Below, piece after piece: positions 10,264 to 21,509 of a stretch of DNA of 64,000 nt. Source of the stretch: a candidate division FCPU426 bacterium. GTDB taxonomy: Bacteria; Oederibacteriota; Muellerivitia; Muellerivitales; Muellerivitaceae. How positions within the stretch are numbered: the first letter of the stretch is position 1; every line of letters starts with the position of its first letter. The notes under the pieces were generated by a model. That model made no database searches and was not told the DNA's origin. It saw only the letters and a program-made list of their open reading frames with translations. The stretch spans positions 768,001 to 832,000 of the forward strand of contig CAWCKJ010000003.1 in the NCBI GenBank assembly GCA_963796105.1, in the 5' to 3' direction. A program made the translations under genes and the position numbers.

Positions 10264-10951
10264 AAGTCGTCCTTGGAGCTGTTTTACCAATTCGAACCGT
10301 TCTACTATCGTACAACCGCGTGATTGAAGCCCTATATAAATCATATCTCTTTTGGACTGTTTTTTCACAAAACACGCGCCGATCGCGTTTCGCGAAACAC
10401 TTGTTGTTTCACGGTTAAACATTTTCAAATTGATGATCAGGCTTGCGTTCTCCTCCACCGCCAGGAAATCCCGCCCCATTTCCTTTTCAAATTGTCAAGG
10501 GACGGCCCTCCCGCATACCAGCATTCCACAAACCTGATAGTGAGGCTGCCATAGCACCGATTTCCATAATCGTCTTATTGCAAATCGGTACAGGCCGATC
10601 TTCTTATGAGTAATTAAGGGGGTTTGTATCGCGCCAATCTCCATTTAATCTTTTTGGAAGATTGGCGCAGGGCAGGGCTTCTGGTCGCCACTTGCCGGAG
10701 CTTGAAATCAGCCGGTCAATTTCAAATTAATGATTTTCAATGAACTGGGTTTTTACTTCCGTTAAGGATTGCATTTTTTTAGTCACAATAATTTGCCCGA
10801 TTTTTTCATGAATACGAAAAATCAAATTCACAACAAAGATAAAATCCGGCTTAATTACCAAGCCCCTTATTCATGGTTTTTTGGTTTATCTTTTTTATAA
10901 TTACTCCTGTTCCCGAAAGAAACCATGAACTGAAATTAGGAATAAACCCCT

Positions 10952-11536
10952 TTGAAATTATTCAAAGCCCTCGCCACGGCCATAGATACCAAGAACCCCT
11001 TCACTAATAACCATTCCATTAACGTCGGAAAGCTTTGCGCTGGCATCGCCAGGAACCTGGGTTGGAATGAGCGGGAGATCAAGTTATTAGTCAACGCGGC
11101 CATGATGCATGATATTGGCAAGGTCAATGTGCCCGCAGCCATCATTTCAAAACCGGGAAAATTAAACGAGTTGGAGATGCGCGCCATCGAGAAACACCCT
11201 GCTTACGGGAAAGCAATCCTGAAAAAAATCGAGTTGCCCGGCATGGATACCATTTGCCGGTCGGTGTACAAGCATCACGAGAGGTGGAACGGAACGGGAT
11301 ACCCCCGCCAGTTGAAAAGGAAGAAAATCTCGATGGAAGCCCGCGTTATCGCCGTAGCCGATTCCTTCGACGCCATGACTTCCACTCGCCATTATAAAAA
11401 GAGGAAGACCCGGAAAACCGCCTTCGAGGAGATTCTCAAGCTCTCAGGCACCTTGTATGACCCAGAGGTGGTGGAGGCTTTCGAAAAATACGCCCGCGTC
11501 ATATGGCCGAGCGTTCGCGTGAAAAGAGCGAAATAA
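10952..11536 (+). CDS. Stand-alone HD-GYP cyclic-dinucleotide phosphodiesterase
   Basis: MMHDIGK, HHERWNGTGYP, VADSFDAM. Confidence 0.9.
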   Translation: MKLFKALATAIDTKNPFTNNHSINVGKLCAGIARNLGWNEREIKLLVNAAMMHDIGKVNVPAAIISKPGKLNELEMRAIEKHPAYGKAILKKIELPGMDTICRSVYKHHERWNGTGYPRQLKRKKISMEARVIAVADSFDAMTSTRHYKKRKTRKTAFEEILKLSGTLYDPEVVEAFEKYARVIWPSVRVKRAK

Positions 11537-11608
11537 GATTTCTGGCTGTTAGGAATTCTCAGAACAATCCGGTTCGATCCCTTCTTCACTCAAAGTCATT
11601 GAACAACC

Positions 11609-14600
11609 CTACTTTAGAAGAAGGACCCTTTTGATTTTCCTGTCATAGGGCTCCACCAGGTAGAAAAGATAGACTCCGCTCGCGCACTCCACCCCGAATT
11701 TGTTCCTGCCGTCCCAATGGTAAGAAGCCGCGTAAGGGGCGTCCAAATGTTGTTCATCCAGGGTTTGCACGTGTTCCCCGGCGGAGTTGTAAATCTTCAG
11801 GGAATAGGCCCCCGGGAACTGGCAATAGGAAACAAAGACCGATACTGGACCGTTGACCGGATAAAACAAATTATAGGAGACGTAGAACTCGTCGCACTTG
11901 GGAAGCGGGGTGATTGTCGGCGACAATGTCGGAGTGCCCGAAGGCGTGGAAGTGAAAGTCTCGGTGGGCGTCATCGTTTCCGTTGGGGTCGAGGTGAACG
12001 TGGGAGTCATGGAATTCGTAAAGGTCGGGGTGATCGTTGGAGTAGGCGTGGGAGTGCTGGTGTTGGTTGGGGTCAAAGTCGAGGTAGGAGTTGAGGTAGG
12101 CGTATTGGTGAAGGTCTCAGTAGGTGTCATCGTATTCGTCGGTGTATTGGTTGGAGTGGGTGTATTCGTAGCGGTGTAAGTGGCTGTAGGAGTAAAAGTC
12201 CCGGTCGCCGTATTGGTCGGGGTGGGCGTATTCGTAGCGGTGTAGGTGTCGGTGGGGGTAAAGGTATTCGTGGAAGTGTTGGTTTCGGTTGAAGTAAATG
12301 TCTGGGTCGGCGTATTCGTCGGGGTGGGAGTAGGCGTTGCCGTCGAAGTCCAGGTATTCGTCGGGGTATTTGTCTCCGTGGGAGTGGAAGTCTGGGTCGG
12401 AGTGATCGTAGGAGTATTCGTTGGGGACTGGGTTCCAGTCGATGTATCGGTTGGGGTAGGGCTGTTGGTTGCCGTAGGAGTGGATGTGGGTGTGAAGGTC
12501 GATGTGGGTGTTTGGGTTGGCGTGGGAGTTGGCGTCCAAGTGGACGTAGAAGTCGGGGTTGGGGTCGAAGTGGCGGTAGGAGTCCAAGTTACGGTGTTAG
12601 TCGGGGTAAGTGTTGGGGTGTTCGTTGAAGTCGGGCTATTCGTGGGTGTGGACGTGAAAGTCATGGTGGGTGTGTTCGTCGGAGTGGGGGTCAGAGTGGG
12701 TGTTGGGGTGATCGTCGGGGTGTTCGTGGGGGATTGAGTCCCGGTTGATGTGTTCGCCGCAGTTGGGGTGATCGTCGGCGTGGGCGTCAGTGTGGGTGTC
12801 GGAGTGGTCGTAGGAGTAAGGGTCGGAGTGGCAGTGGGAGTATTAGTAGGGGTGAAAGTGGGAGTAGATGTCAGGGTCGTCGTCGGAGTGGGCGTCAAAG
12901 TGGTGGTGGGGGTCCTGGTCAAGGTATTCGTCGGGGTAGGAGTCGTGGTCGTTGTCGGGGTCGGCGTGGACGTGTTCGTGGGGGTCATTGTCGGGGTATT
13001 CGTCGGCGTATTAGTCGGCGTTATTGTCGGGGTCGGCGTTGGGGTGGATGTGGGCGTCATTGTGGGCGTGTTGGTGGGCGTAGGAGTTGGGGTAATGGTC
13101 GGAGTAGGTGTCGGGGTGGGTGTAAGCGTCTTGGTAGGCGTAATGGTTGGAGTACTTGTAGGTGACTGGGTTCCAGTAGGCGTGTTGGTCGGCGTGGGGG
13201 TGATGGTCGGAGTATTGGTCGGGGTAGGAGTCGGGGTCGTCGTGGGAGTGGGTGAGGGTGTAGGAGTTGGCGTTCTTGTTGGGGTGTTCGTCGGAGTAGG
13301 AGTGAGTGTGGTGGTCGGCGTGGGAGTCGGGGTATTCGTAGGGGTTGGGGTGGGTGTCCTGGTTGGAGTAGGCGTTGGCGTCAGGGTGGATGTGGAAGTG
13401 TTCGTGGGCGTGGGAGTCGGGGTATTGGTGGGTGTTGGGGTGGGTGTGGTAGACGGCGTAGGAGTCGGGGTATTAGTGGGGGTGAGAGTGGGTGTCCTCG
13501 TCGGAGTAGGAGTAGATGTGGTTGTGGGGGTTGGAGTCGGCGTATTAGTAGGCGTAGGGGTGGGTGTCCTGGTGGGAGTAGGCGTTGTGGTTGTCGTGGG
13601 GGTCGATGTGGAAGTGTTAGTGGGCGTGAGAGTAGGTGTATTGGTGGGTGTTGGTGTGGGTGTGGTTGTCGGCGTCGAGGTGTTAGTAGAGGTCGGCGTT
13701 CTCGTGGGTGTGTTGGTGGGCGTTGGCGTTGGGGTGATCGTCGGAGTGGGTGTCGAAGTGGGCGTGGGAGTCCTGGTCGGGGTTATAGTTGGGGTATTCG
13801 TGGGCGACTGGGTCCCCGTAGGCGTGTTGGTCGGCGTGGGGGTGATGGTCGGAGTATTGGTCGGGGTAGGAGTCGGGGTCGTCGTAGGAGTGGATGTGGG
13901 CGTAGGAGTTGGTGTTCTTGTTGGGGTGTTCGACGGAGTAGGGGTGGGTGTGGTGGTCGGCGTGGGAGTCGGGGTATTGGTGGGTGTTGGGGTGGGAGTC
14001 CTGGTTGGGGTAGGAGTTGGGGTCGGTGTTGGCGTATTAGTGGACGTCGGGGTAGGCGTATTCGTCGGGGTTGGAGTGGGTGTGGTCGTCGGGGTCGGTG
14101 TCGGAGTTCTGGTCGGAGTCGGCGTGGGTGAAGGGGTGGGTGTCGGTGTCGTGGTCGGAGTAGGTGAGGGTGTCAGGGTCGGTGTAGGGGTTGGCGTCCG
14201 GGTCGGAGTCGGCGTGGGTGAAGGGGTGGGGGTCGGTGTCGTAGTCGGAGTAGGTGAGGGTGTCAGAGTCGGTGTAGGGGTGGACGTCCGGGTCGGCGTA
14301 GGTGTGGGAGAAGGGGTAGGAGTTGGAGTATTAGTGGGTGTTGGAGAAGGTGTATTGGTTGGTGTAAGCGTGGGGGTTGGGGTCCGGGTCGGTGTAGGTG
14401 TGGGAGAAGGGGTGGGAGTTGGAGTCACTGTCAGAGTGGGGGTAGGTGAAGGAGTCGGGGTCGGTGTAGGGGTTGGCGTCCGAGTCGGTGTGGGGGTAGG
14501 GGTATTGGTCGGCGTTGAGGTTGGCGTATTTGTGGGCGTAGGAGTGGGTGTCGGGGTTCGGGTTGGTGTGGGGGTAGGGGTATTAGTGGGTGTTGGGGAA

Positions 14601-17600
14601 GGTGTATTGGTTGGTGTAAGCGTAGGAGTAGGCGTCCGGGTCGGGGTGGGTGTGGGCGATGACGTGGGTGTCGGAGTCAAGGTCGGGGTAGGAGTAGGTG
14701 TTGGTGTTGGCGTCCGGGTGGGGGTTAGCGTTGGTGTCGGGGTATTCGTAGGTGTAGGCGTGGGTGTCCTAGTCGGGGTAGGCGTTGGTGTCGTCGTGGG
14801 GGTTGGAGTCGGCGAAAGCGTGGGCGAGAATGTCGGGGTCGGCGTCCGGGTGGGTGTTGGAGTCGTTGTGGGGGTCGGTGTTAGCGTGTTAGTGGGCGTC
14901 GGGGTTGGGGTCCTGGTAGGGGTGGGAGAAGGAGTAATCGTGGGGGTGGAAGTGGGAGTGTTGGTTGGGGTCCGTGTCACGGTATTGGTGGGTGTGAATG
15001 TGGGGGTCGCAATGGGTGTCCCGCAACAGACGACCGACAGGGTCACGGAATTGGAAACGGCTGTCTTTTCCTTACCGGCGGGATCAGTGAAAGTGGCCGA
15101 GTTGACGGCGCTCGACGGGCAAGAGCCGGTCACGATGGCGCAAAAAGACACGGTGCCCGACTCGGTGGCCAGAAGGTCCGGCCAGACCCAGGAAATGGCG
15201 TTGCCGTTTGCGCCCGTCACGGCGTCGCAGGGAGGGTTGATGAACCCGCAGAAGCTGAGGTTGGCGGGGAGGGTATCCGAAAGGGTGGCGTTGTAGACGT
15301 CACGCCCGTAATAGGGCGCGTTGCCCGCCACCACGCGCCAAGTGTAGCCGTCGTACTCTTCCACCAGCAGGTTCGTGACCGCGTTGGCGCCAGCCTGATC
15401 GCAGGGGTTCGCGTAGCCAGCCGGATCTGTGAGGGCCGTCTTGATATTCACGTAATGGTCGTTGCCCTCGTTGTAGGCGGCGCAGCTACTGGTGATGTTC
15501 GCGTTGTAGCTCCAGTCTGTGGTGTTGTTTCGTGTGGCGTAACCGCTTTGGTAAAAATTGACGTCAGTCAACACCTGGCCGCCGTCCCCGTTCCACTGCT
15601 GGATCAGGTACCGATTCATCAGCAAGCTGGAAGCCATGTTGGGAGTATTGCCGCTCCAAGTCAGGACCAATTTCTGATTGTAGTTCGGGCCGGCCACCAT
15701 GGGGAGGTTCGATATCGTATATCCGCCTGAGGTGTCATAAATCGTCTGGGCGCCCCAGGTGACGCCCGAAGTTCCACACGTCACCCCGGTGGTAGTTGAG
15801 TAGAGGAAATAGGAACTCCGATAGTTCTGCAGGTTAATGTCTTCCATGGATTCGTTGAGAATCCGGTAATCCGTCGTCAGGTATTGGGCAGCCGCCTGGT
15901 TTCCCGAGGCGCTGTCGTCGTCCTGGAACTGGACAAACACCTGGGGCCGGGCCCGGCCCAGCCTTTCGTGGGAGGCGTTCTTGTAGGTAAGGGTGAAGGT
16001 TACCGTCTGGCCCGGACAGGCCGAAGCGGGGTTGACGGATTTGGCGGTTTGCAGGGCGCAGTCAACGACATCCACGTAATTCATCTTATAGGTACTGGAG
16101 ACCACGTCCGGATAGGGAGAAGCCGTCTTCCCCGGCCCGTTCGTGGCGCCAACGCTCGGGGCGTTGATGATGGTTTGGCCCGATGTGGCTCCGGAAGCGG
16201 CCGTCATGGTCAGGGTAATTGTGGCGGCAGCGCCGACCGCCACGGAGCCGATATTCCAGTTGATGACACCCCCCGAGGCCGAGCTTCCGCTATTGTAGGC
16301 GGGGGAGGAGGAAATATAGGTGGCATTGGTGGGGATGGTATCCGAGACGGTCACACCCGTGGCCGCGACCGCCCCCACATTCTTGTAAACAATGGTGTAA
16401 ATAAAGGTTTGGCCCGCGCAGGCGAAGGTTCTGTTCACGTCCTCGGAAATCTTCATGACAGCCTGGCCCCACTGGTTGTCGCAGGGCCACGCGAAATTGC
16501 CTGTGTTCATGAGAAGCCCCAAAATGTCCAGGTCATTGTTGAAATAATAGAGAGTGGTTGGGGCGTAATTGGATCCCCCCGCTTGTTGGGCCAACTGGTA
16601 CGTGGAGGCCACACGGTAGGCCTGGTTCACGAAAGTCTGGTCGCCCGAGCCCGTGGCCACCGCCGCCTGGGTGCCCATAGTCCATTGGCCAAGGGTTCCC
16701 GTGCTCCAAGTACCATTGGTATTCCATTGCTGTGTCACGTTCCAGAGCTTGTTGGAGAGGTTGATCCCGATGGCCCCGCCACCTGCCTTGAAGGAATTGC
16801 TGGAGTTGGTGATGAAGGTCTGCAGGCAGGTATTGCCGTTGTAAACCACATCCATCGAGTAGCGCCAAGGGCCGCGCTGACCCTCGGCACTCCCACTGGC
16901 TCCGGCGTAGGTAAAGCCCGTTGGCGCGGCGGTACAACTTTCCCCGTTATAGTTCATAGTGTCGGAGTTGAAACCGTGGTTTCCCGCCGCCGCGTCTGCC
17001 GCCGCGATGGCCGCGCAAGTATTATTGGCGACCGTGACCCATTCCGATAATGGTCGATGGTTGCAGGTATCGCCCGCGAAATAGGTGCCCCAACACCGGT
17101 AATAGCCCGGATCCAGGTAGTCGGCGTACACGCTGCCGTTGCAGCCCGAGATAGCGAAAGTATCGCCGCTTTCTATGTAGTTCCACATGTCCACGTTATG
17201 GAACCAGGTTCCTGCCCCCGAGTCCGGGTTCGGGGTGGTGTAATCCAACATAGCGCAGATCATGCTCTGCGCCTCGGCGCAGTAGTTGATCGTTCCAGCG
17301 CTTCCCCACTGTTTGCAGGCCGTGAGAAGCGCCATGGCGATGTCCTCGTCCCCGTCCGTCGCGGAATCGCAGCCCTCCACGTTAAAAGGAGAGGCCTCGT
17401 TGATTTCCCAGCTCATGAGATAGTCTTGTAACGCGTCGCATTTATTGACCGACTTGAGCCCGTAGGTCTTGACGAACTCGTAGAGGCCGTCGAATAGGGG
17501 CTTGTCCGCGAAAGAGGCCGCGATGAGCATGGAATATCCGGTTCCCTCGGATAGGACGTTGTTGCTGTTTCCGCCGAGGCCTTTGGCGAAATTTGCGATC

Positions 17601-17923
17601 ATGGGGATTCCGTTGGCGGTGGTCCCGGTGTAAAACACTTCGGAACTGATATAAAGGTCGTAATATTTCTGCCACATGGCCGTCATGTCCGAATCGGAAA
17701 CGCCTTCAGGCTGGGCCATCAAACCATTGGGAGGAGCGATATATTCACCGAAGGGATGCTGGGGATTGCCGCTGTTGATGTTTCCGTTGGGATAGACCGA
17801 TCCATACGAGGCGCCATAGGCCTGAGCCCAGGCGTTTGAAGCGGTTTCATGCAATAGGATAAAAAAAAGACAGCCCACTAATGGAAGAATAGGTTTAAAA
17901 CGTTTTTTGTTCAAAAAAAACAT
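11609..17923 (-). CDS. Giant secreted GH8 glycoside hydrolase with DUF11-like and CBM3-like domains, Pro/Thr stalk and FlgD-Ig/T9SS-like C-terminal domain
   Basis: Signal peptide; SEGTGY and [10 protein letters not shown] (GH8); YTIVYKNVG...VTVSDTIP (DUF11-like); ~1000-aa PT tract; [14 protein letters not shown]...WDGRN...ASGVYLF. Confidence 0.85.
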   Translation of the reverse strand: MFFLNKKRFKPILPLVGCLFFILLHETASNAWAQAYGASYGSVYPNGNINSGNPQHPFGEYIAPPNGLMAQPEGVSDSDMTAMWQKYYDLYISSEVFYTGTTANGIPMIANFAKGLGGNSNNVLSEGTGYSMLIAASFADKPLFDGLYEFVKTYGLKSVNKCDALQDYLMSWEINEASPFNVEGCDSATDGDEDIAMALLTACKQWGSAGTINYCAEAQSMICAMLDYTTPNPDSGAGTWFHNVDMWNYIESGDTFAISGCNGSVYADYLDPGYYRCWGTYFAGDTCNHRPLSEWVTVANNTCAAIAAADAAAGNHGFNSDTMNYNGESCTAAPTGFTYAGASGSAEGQRGPWRYSMDVVYNGNTCLQTFITNSSNSFKAGGGAIGINLSNKLWNVTQQWNTNGTWSTGTLGQWTMGTQAAVATGSGDQTFVNQAYRVASTYQLAQQAGGSNYAPTTLYYFNNDLDILGLLMNTGNFAWPCDNQWGQAVMKISEDVNRTFACAGQTFIYTIVYKNVGAVAATGVTVSDTIPTNATYISSSPAYNSGSSASGGVINWNIGSVAVGAAATITLTMTAASGATSGQTIINAPSVGATNGPGKTASPYPDVVSSTYKMNYVDVVDCALQTAKSVNPASACPGQTVTFTLTYKNASHERLGRARPQVFVQFQDDDSASGNQAAAQYLTTDYRILNESMEDINLQNYRSSYFLYSTTTGVTCGTSGVTWGAQTIYDTSGGYTISNLPMVAGPNYNQKLVLTWSGNTPNMASSLLMNRYLIQQWNGDGGQVLTDVNFYQSGYATRNNTTDWSYNANITSSCAAYNEGNDHYVNIKTALTDPAGYANPCDQAGANAVTNLLVEEYDGYTWRVVAGNAPYYGRDVYNATLSDTLPANLSFCGFINPPCDAVTGANGNAISWVWPDLLATESGTVSFCAIVTGSCPSSAVNSATFTDPAGKEKTAVSNSVTLSVVCCGTPIATPTFTPTNTVTRTPTNTPTSTPTITPSPTPTRTPTPTPTNTLTPTPTTTPTPTRTPTPTFSPTLSPTPTPTTTPTPTPTRTPTPTPTNTPTPTLTPTRTPTPTPTPTPTLTPTPTSSPTPTPTRTPTPTLTPTNTPSPTPTNTPTPTPTRTPTPTPTPTNTPTSTPTNTPTPTPTRTPTPTPTPTPSPTPTLTVTPTPTPSPTPTPTRTPTPTLTPTNTPSPTPTNTPTPTPSPTPTPTRTSTPTPTLTPSPTPTTTPTPTPSPTPTPTRTPTPTPTLTPSPTPTTTPTPTPSPTPTPTRTPTPTPTTTPTPTPTNTPTPTSTNTPTPTPTPTPTRTPTPTPTNTPTPTPTTTPTPTPSNTPTRTPTPTPTSTPTTTPTPTPTNTPTITPTPTNTPTGTQSPTNTPTITPTRTPTPTSTPTPTITPTPTPTNTPTRTPTSTNTSTPTTTPTPTPTNTPTLTPTNTSTSTPTTTTTPTPTRTPTPTPTNTPTPTPTTTSTPTPTRTPTLTPTNTPTPTPSTTPTPTPTNTPTPTPTNTSTSTLTPTPTPTRTPTPTPTNTPTPTPTTTLTPTPTNTPTRTPTPTPSPTPTTTPTPTPTNTPTITPTPTNTPTGTQSPTSTPTITPTKTLTPTPTPTPTITPTPTPTNTPTMTPTSTPTPTPTITPTNTPTNTPTMTPTNTSTPTPTTTTTPTPTNTLTRTPTTTLTPTPTTTLTSTPTFTPTNTPTATPTLTPTTTPTPTLTPTPTITPTAANTSTGTQSPTNTPTITPTPTLTPTPTNTPTMTFTSTPTNSPTSTNTPTLTPTNTVTWTPTATSTPTPTSTSTWTPTPTPTQTPTSTFTPTSTPTATNSPTPTDTSTGTQSPTNTPTITPTQTSTPTETNTPTNTWTSTATPTPTPTNTPTQTFTSTETNTSTNTFTPTDTYTATNTPTPTNTATGTFTPTATYTATNTPTPTNTPTNTMTPTETFTNTPTSTPTSTLTPTNTSTPTPTPTITPTFTNSMTPTFTSTPTETMTPTETFTSTPSGTPTLSPTITPLPKCDEFYVSYNLFYPVNGPVSVFVSYCQFPGAYSLKIYNSAGEHVQTLDEQHLDAPYAASYHWDGRNKFGVECASGVYLFYLVEPYDRKIKRVLLLK
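11905..15015 (-). repeat. Pro/Thr-rich low-complexity coding repeat
   Basis: (TP)n/TPTNTPT repeats with internal DNA duplications; boundaries approximate. Confidence 0.9.
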
Positions 17924-19066
17924 TTCCACACCAATTTCCTTGATGAACGAAATCATAAACCCTGAAAAGGCTTTCATGGGAATTCAGTCGTATTTATCCG
18001 TCTATCTTATCCGGTAACGCCATGGAATTTACATAGCTATGTTAACGATATTATATCGCCCTCCACACTTCTATGGGGTAGACGCCTCCTTAATATTTTT
18101 CCTGATTTAAAGTTAAACAGGACCGGTTTTTCAACTTCTGGTCGCTCAAGGAAGGAAAAATGACTTCATTTTTCAAGGGAATATTTCGCTGGGCTTATGG
18201 ATTCAGCTCATAACCATTTGACGTTAACCATGAATTTTCAATTCTTATCAACCTGATATTTCAAGGAATATTAGGTTAAATCAATCCATCACCAAGGAAA
18301 GAATTTTCGAATTTTGAGCGGGTAAACCCTATTGTATTTTCCGGATACGGTTGTTGCCCGTATCCGCGACATAGACATTCCCGGTGGGATCGCAGCCAAC
18401 CCAGTTGGGATAGGTGAACTTCGCGGCCGTACCTGTCGCGTCCAGGAACCCTCCCGAAATCTGCCCCGCCAGCGTGGTCACATTAGCGCTTTTGTCTATT
18501 TTTCGGATCAAGTGATTGTAGGAATCCGCCACGTAAAGGGTGCCCCAAGCGTCAATCGCGATACCGTTAGGACTGGAGAACGAGGATGAAGTACCCTGCT
18601 GGTTGGCATGGCCCGATGTCAATTGGCCCGCGAAGGTGGTGACAGCCCCGTTGGGGCTGACTTTCCGGATCAGGTTATTATTGGAATCCGCCACATAAAT
18701 GTTCCCAACGCCATCCACCGCGACTCCAGCGGGGCCGTTGAACGAGGCGGAAGTTCCAATCAAATTGTCGGCGTGCCCTGCCGTTAATTGCCCAGCCAAG
18801 GTGGTTACGGCGCTCGCGGGGGTAATCCTTCGGATCAGGTTGTTACCATTGTCCCCAATGTAGAGGTTTCCAGAGGAGTCAATCGCGATCCCTTCAGGCC
18901 CGCTAAATGAGGCGTTGCTCCCCAGCCCGTCTGCGTGCCCAGGTGTCAATTGCCCCGCCAGGGTGGTCACGGCGCCAGAGGGACTGATGCCCCGAATCGT
19001 GTCATTCTGGGAGTCAGCTACATAAACGTTTCCCGCGGCGTCAACCCCTAAACCATAAGGAAATTT

Positions 19067-20054
19067 CATGCCTATCCGAACAACGCTTGCGCAGTAATGG
19101 GTTTTGCCAAAGCGCAAGCGGTTAAGGCCCGGTGAAATAAGGAATCTGGGTCATGGCGACGATTGAACCGATAAGTATATTCGCTCAAGTATCCAGGCAG
19201 ATATTTCACGTTGACTCCATGATGGGTTCCTAGGATCCAAGCCTTGGCGTTGGAAATGAATCGGTGGACCCAAGGTAACCAGTGATTTAACACCACTGGG
19301 TCATTGGCTGTTACCTGGTACTCCACATCCACGTTTTCCAAGTTTCTCAAGCTGGGACTGGCATCCGTGTTTATCATGGCGCCTTTCTGGATTGCTTGAT
19401 CGACGAATGCTTGGGCTTCCCACTTGGTTTCTGCGGTCACCTTTATCTTTGCAAAACCCGCTTTCTCTTTTTTGCGCCCTTTCTCATCTATCCATTCTTT
19501 GCTTTCAACCGCCACCAGCACTTCAGCCTGGTTTTCCTTTTCTCTCTTGCCGAATACAGCCCCATCCAACTCAATGATTTCCTTGAGTTGGTAATTTTCA
19601 TCCCTTTGTCGAAGACTTTCCCGAATCTTATGCAACATCCTCCAAACGGTATCGTAGGAGGGCATTCCCAATTGCCGCTGAAGTTCCAGGGCTGAAATGC
19701 CCCTTTTCCCTTGCATCACCAATCCAATCATCCTCAACCAGGTTAAGATTGGGATCTTGGATTTCCGGAAGATCGTTCCGGCTCGAAGCCGTATTTGCTT
19801 TCGACAATAGTCACATTCCCGCACTTCGGGGCGGTTTTTGTGTTGCCAGAAACTTTCTCCTTCACATTGTGGGCAAACAAAGTCTTTTCCGGCAAAACGG
19901 CTCTTCCACACCCATTGACGTGCCTTTTCTTCTGTATCGATTTCCTTGAAAATCTCAATCCCCTTCATCCGTTGGTAGTTCATAATTTGCCCCTCCAACA
20001 ATGAGTATACTCCTGTATTCCTTTATTTCAACAGGTACCGTTTGGAGAGGCATT
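19067..20054 (-). mobile_element. IS1595-family insertion sequence (988 bp)
   Basis: 8-bp TSD GGAAATTT at 19059-19066 and 20055-20062; imperfect IRs CATGCCTATCCGAAC / AATGCCTCTCCAAAC. Confidence 0.92.
19072..19983 (-). CDS. IS1595-family transposase
   Basis: CPQC/CDYC zinc ribbon, GISALELQR, W..LHKIR, YLSEYTYRFNRR. Confidence 0.93.
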   Translation of the reverse strand: MNYQRMKGIEIFKEIDTEEKARQWVWKSRFAGKDFVCPQCEGESFWQHKNRPEVRECDYCRKQIRLRAGTIFRKSKIPILTWLRMIGLVMQGKRGISALELQRQLGMPSYDTVWRMLHKIRESLRQRDENYQLKEIIELDGAVFGKREKENQAEVLVAVESKEWIDEKGRKKEKAGFAKIKVTAETKWEAQAFVDQAIQKGAMINTDASPSLRNLENVDVEYQVTANDPVVLNHWLPWVHRFISNAKAWILGTHHGVNVKYLPGYLSEYTYRFNRRHDPDSLFHRALTACALAKPITAQALFG

Positions 20055-20369
20055 GGAAATTTAAATGTCGCGTTTGTTCCATTGGTAAAGTCGTCATGTC
20101 CGGACGCACCGGACCCCGCCAAAGTCGTGACCACGCCGCCATTGACATGGGGTGGTGTGGAAGGGACAGGACTAGAGGGAGCTTTTCCGCAAGATTGAAA
20201 GATGGTCACAAGAAAGAGAATGAAGGATAAAACCAAGTACCCGCCTTCAATTTTTCGCAAAGGAGCCTCCTTGGAAGGAATCCTGCCAATTTTCCAAATG
20301 TTTTTGGAAAAACCGCTCCCCGTGCTGCTTATTATTTAGAATTTAATCTCGGTATCATATGACGAAAGT

Positions 20370-21355
20370 TATGCTTATGCACAAAGTGACCGTGCTGTAA
20401 TGGGTTTTGCTAAGGCACATGCGGTCAAAGCACGGTGAAATAAGGAATCGGGATCATGACGACGGTTGAACCGATAGGCATATTCACTTAGATACCGGCC
20501 TAAATACTTAGCATCAACGCCATGATGAGTTCCAATGATCCAGGCCTTGGCGTTGGAAATGAACCGGTGTACCCAGGGCAACCAACTTTCCAACTCTTTC
20601 GGGTCATTGGCCATCACCCGGTAGTCTGCCTCCACTCCTTTGAGTTCACGCAAGGCTGGCGAAGCATCTGTGTTGAGGAAAGAGCCTTTTTCCATAGTCT
20701 GATTCACGAATTCCTGGCTCTCCCACTTGGTTTCCATAGCTACCTTCACCTTGGCAAAACCCGCTTTTTCCTTCTTGCAACCATTCTCATCCACCCATTC
20801 CTTGCTTTCCACCGCCACCAAGACTTCCACTTGGTTTTCCTTGGCCTTTTTCCCAAAAACCGCCCCATCCAACTCAATGACGCCCTTTAGAGTATAGCTT
20901 TCGTCCTTTTGCCTAAGACCTTCCCGGATCTTATGCAATAGAAGCCATGCCGAATGATCCGAAAGATTTAAATGCCGCTTCAGTTCCAGGGCCGAAATAC
21001 CCCGTTTGCCCTGCATCATCAAACTGATGGCCCTGACCCAGGTTAAAAGAGGCAGCTTGGAGCTTTCAAAAATCGTCCCGGCGCGAAGCCGAAGACGTTT
21101 CCGGCAATAGTCACATTCCCTCACTTCAGGCTTGGCCTGGTGTTGCCAGAAGCTTTCGCCCTCACATTGGGGACAAACAAAGTCTTTCCCGCCGAAACGG
21201 CATCTCCACACCCATTGGCGGGCTTCTTCTTCCGTGTGGATTTTCCTCAGAATTTTAATGCTTTTCATCCGCTGGTAGCTCATGTACCACCTCCCGTAGC
21301 GGACAGTATACCTATGTATTCCTTTATTTCAAGGGTCACTTAATACAGAAGCATG
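20370..21355 (-). mobile_element. Second IS1595-family insertion sequence (986 bp)
   Basis: 8-bp TSD ACGAAAGT at 20362-20369 and 21356-21363; 22-bp imperfect IRs TATGCTTATGCACAAAGTGACC / CATGCTTCTGTATTAAGTGACC. Confidence 0.92.
20375..21283 (-). CDS. IS1595-family transposase
   Basis: Same motifs as 19072-19983; diverged paralogue. Confidence 0.93.
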   Translation of the reverse strand: MSYQRMKSIKILRKIHTEEEARQWVWRCRFGGKDFVCPQCEGESFWQHQAKPEVRECDYCRKRLRLRAGTIFESSKLPLLTWVRAISLMMQGKRGISALELKRHLNLSDHSAWLLLHKIREGLRQKDESYTLKGVIELDGAVFGKKAKENQVEVLVAVESKEWVDENGCKKEKAGFAKVKVAMETKWESQEFVNQTMEKGSFLNTDASPALRELKGVEADYRVMANDPKELESWLPWVHRFISNAKAWIIGTHHGVDAKYLGRYLSEYAYRFNRRHDPDSLFHRALTACALAKPITARSLCA

Positions 21356-21509
21356 ACGAAAGTCATTCAAGTTGAATTTCCTAAATACGTTTACTGATCA
21401 TATCATTTGCTTCAGTTCTACTCCAAAAATCCGATGGTAAATTAAAAGCAGTTAATTCCCCCGCGCCATGTTGAAATATTTAGTGTCCTGCGCAGGTTTT
21501 CTTGTTGTT

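Larger units (their letters stand above)
18329..20260 (-). pseudogene. NHL-repeat beta-propeller lipoprotein interrupted by an IS1595-family element
   Basis: N-terminal part (lipobox-like FQSC...ATFKFP) and C-terminal part (YGLGVDAAGNVYVAD...) rejoin in frame when the IS and one TSD are removed (936 nt, 311 aa). Confidence 0.9.

Noticed and set aside
10500..10620. c-di-GMP riboswitch near the PilZ/HD-GYP genes
   Set aside because: Only a short CTATGGCAGCC similarity on the minus strand; the GGCAAAC/GNRA/GACGCAAA core was not found.
11898..15296. Long Val/Gly-rich plus-strand ORFs (also 32623-35646)
   Set aside because: Antisense shadows of Thr/Pro codon repeats.
15884..17050. Other long antisense ORFs (for example 5507-6409, 41236-42324)
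   Set aside because: They overlap well-supported genes in GC-rich DNA and show no recognisable motifs.
19067..21355. Composite transposon formed by the two IS1595 elements
   Set aside because: Each element has its own different 8-bp TSD, so the insertions were independent.
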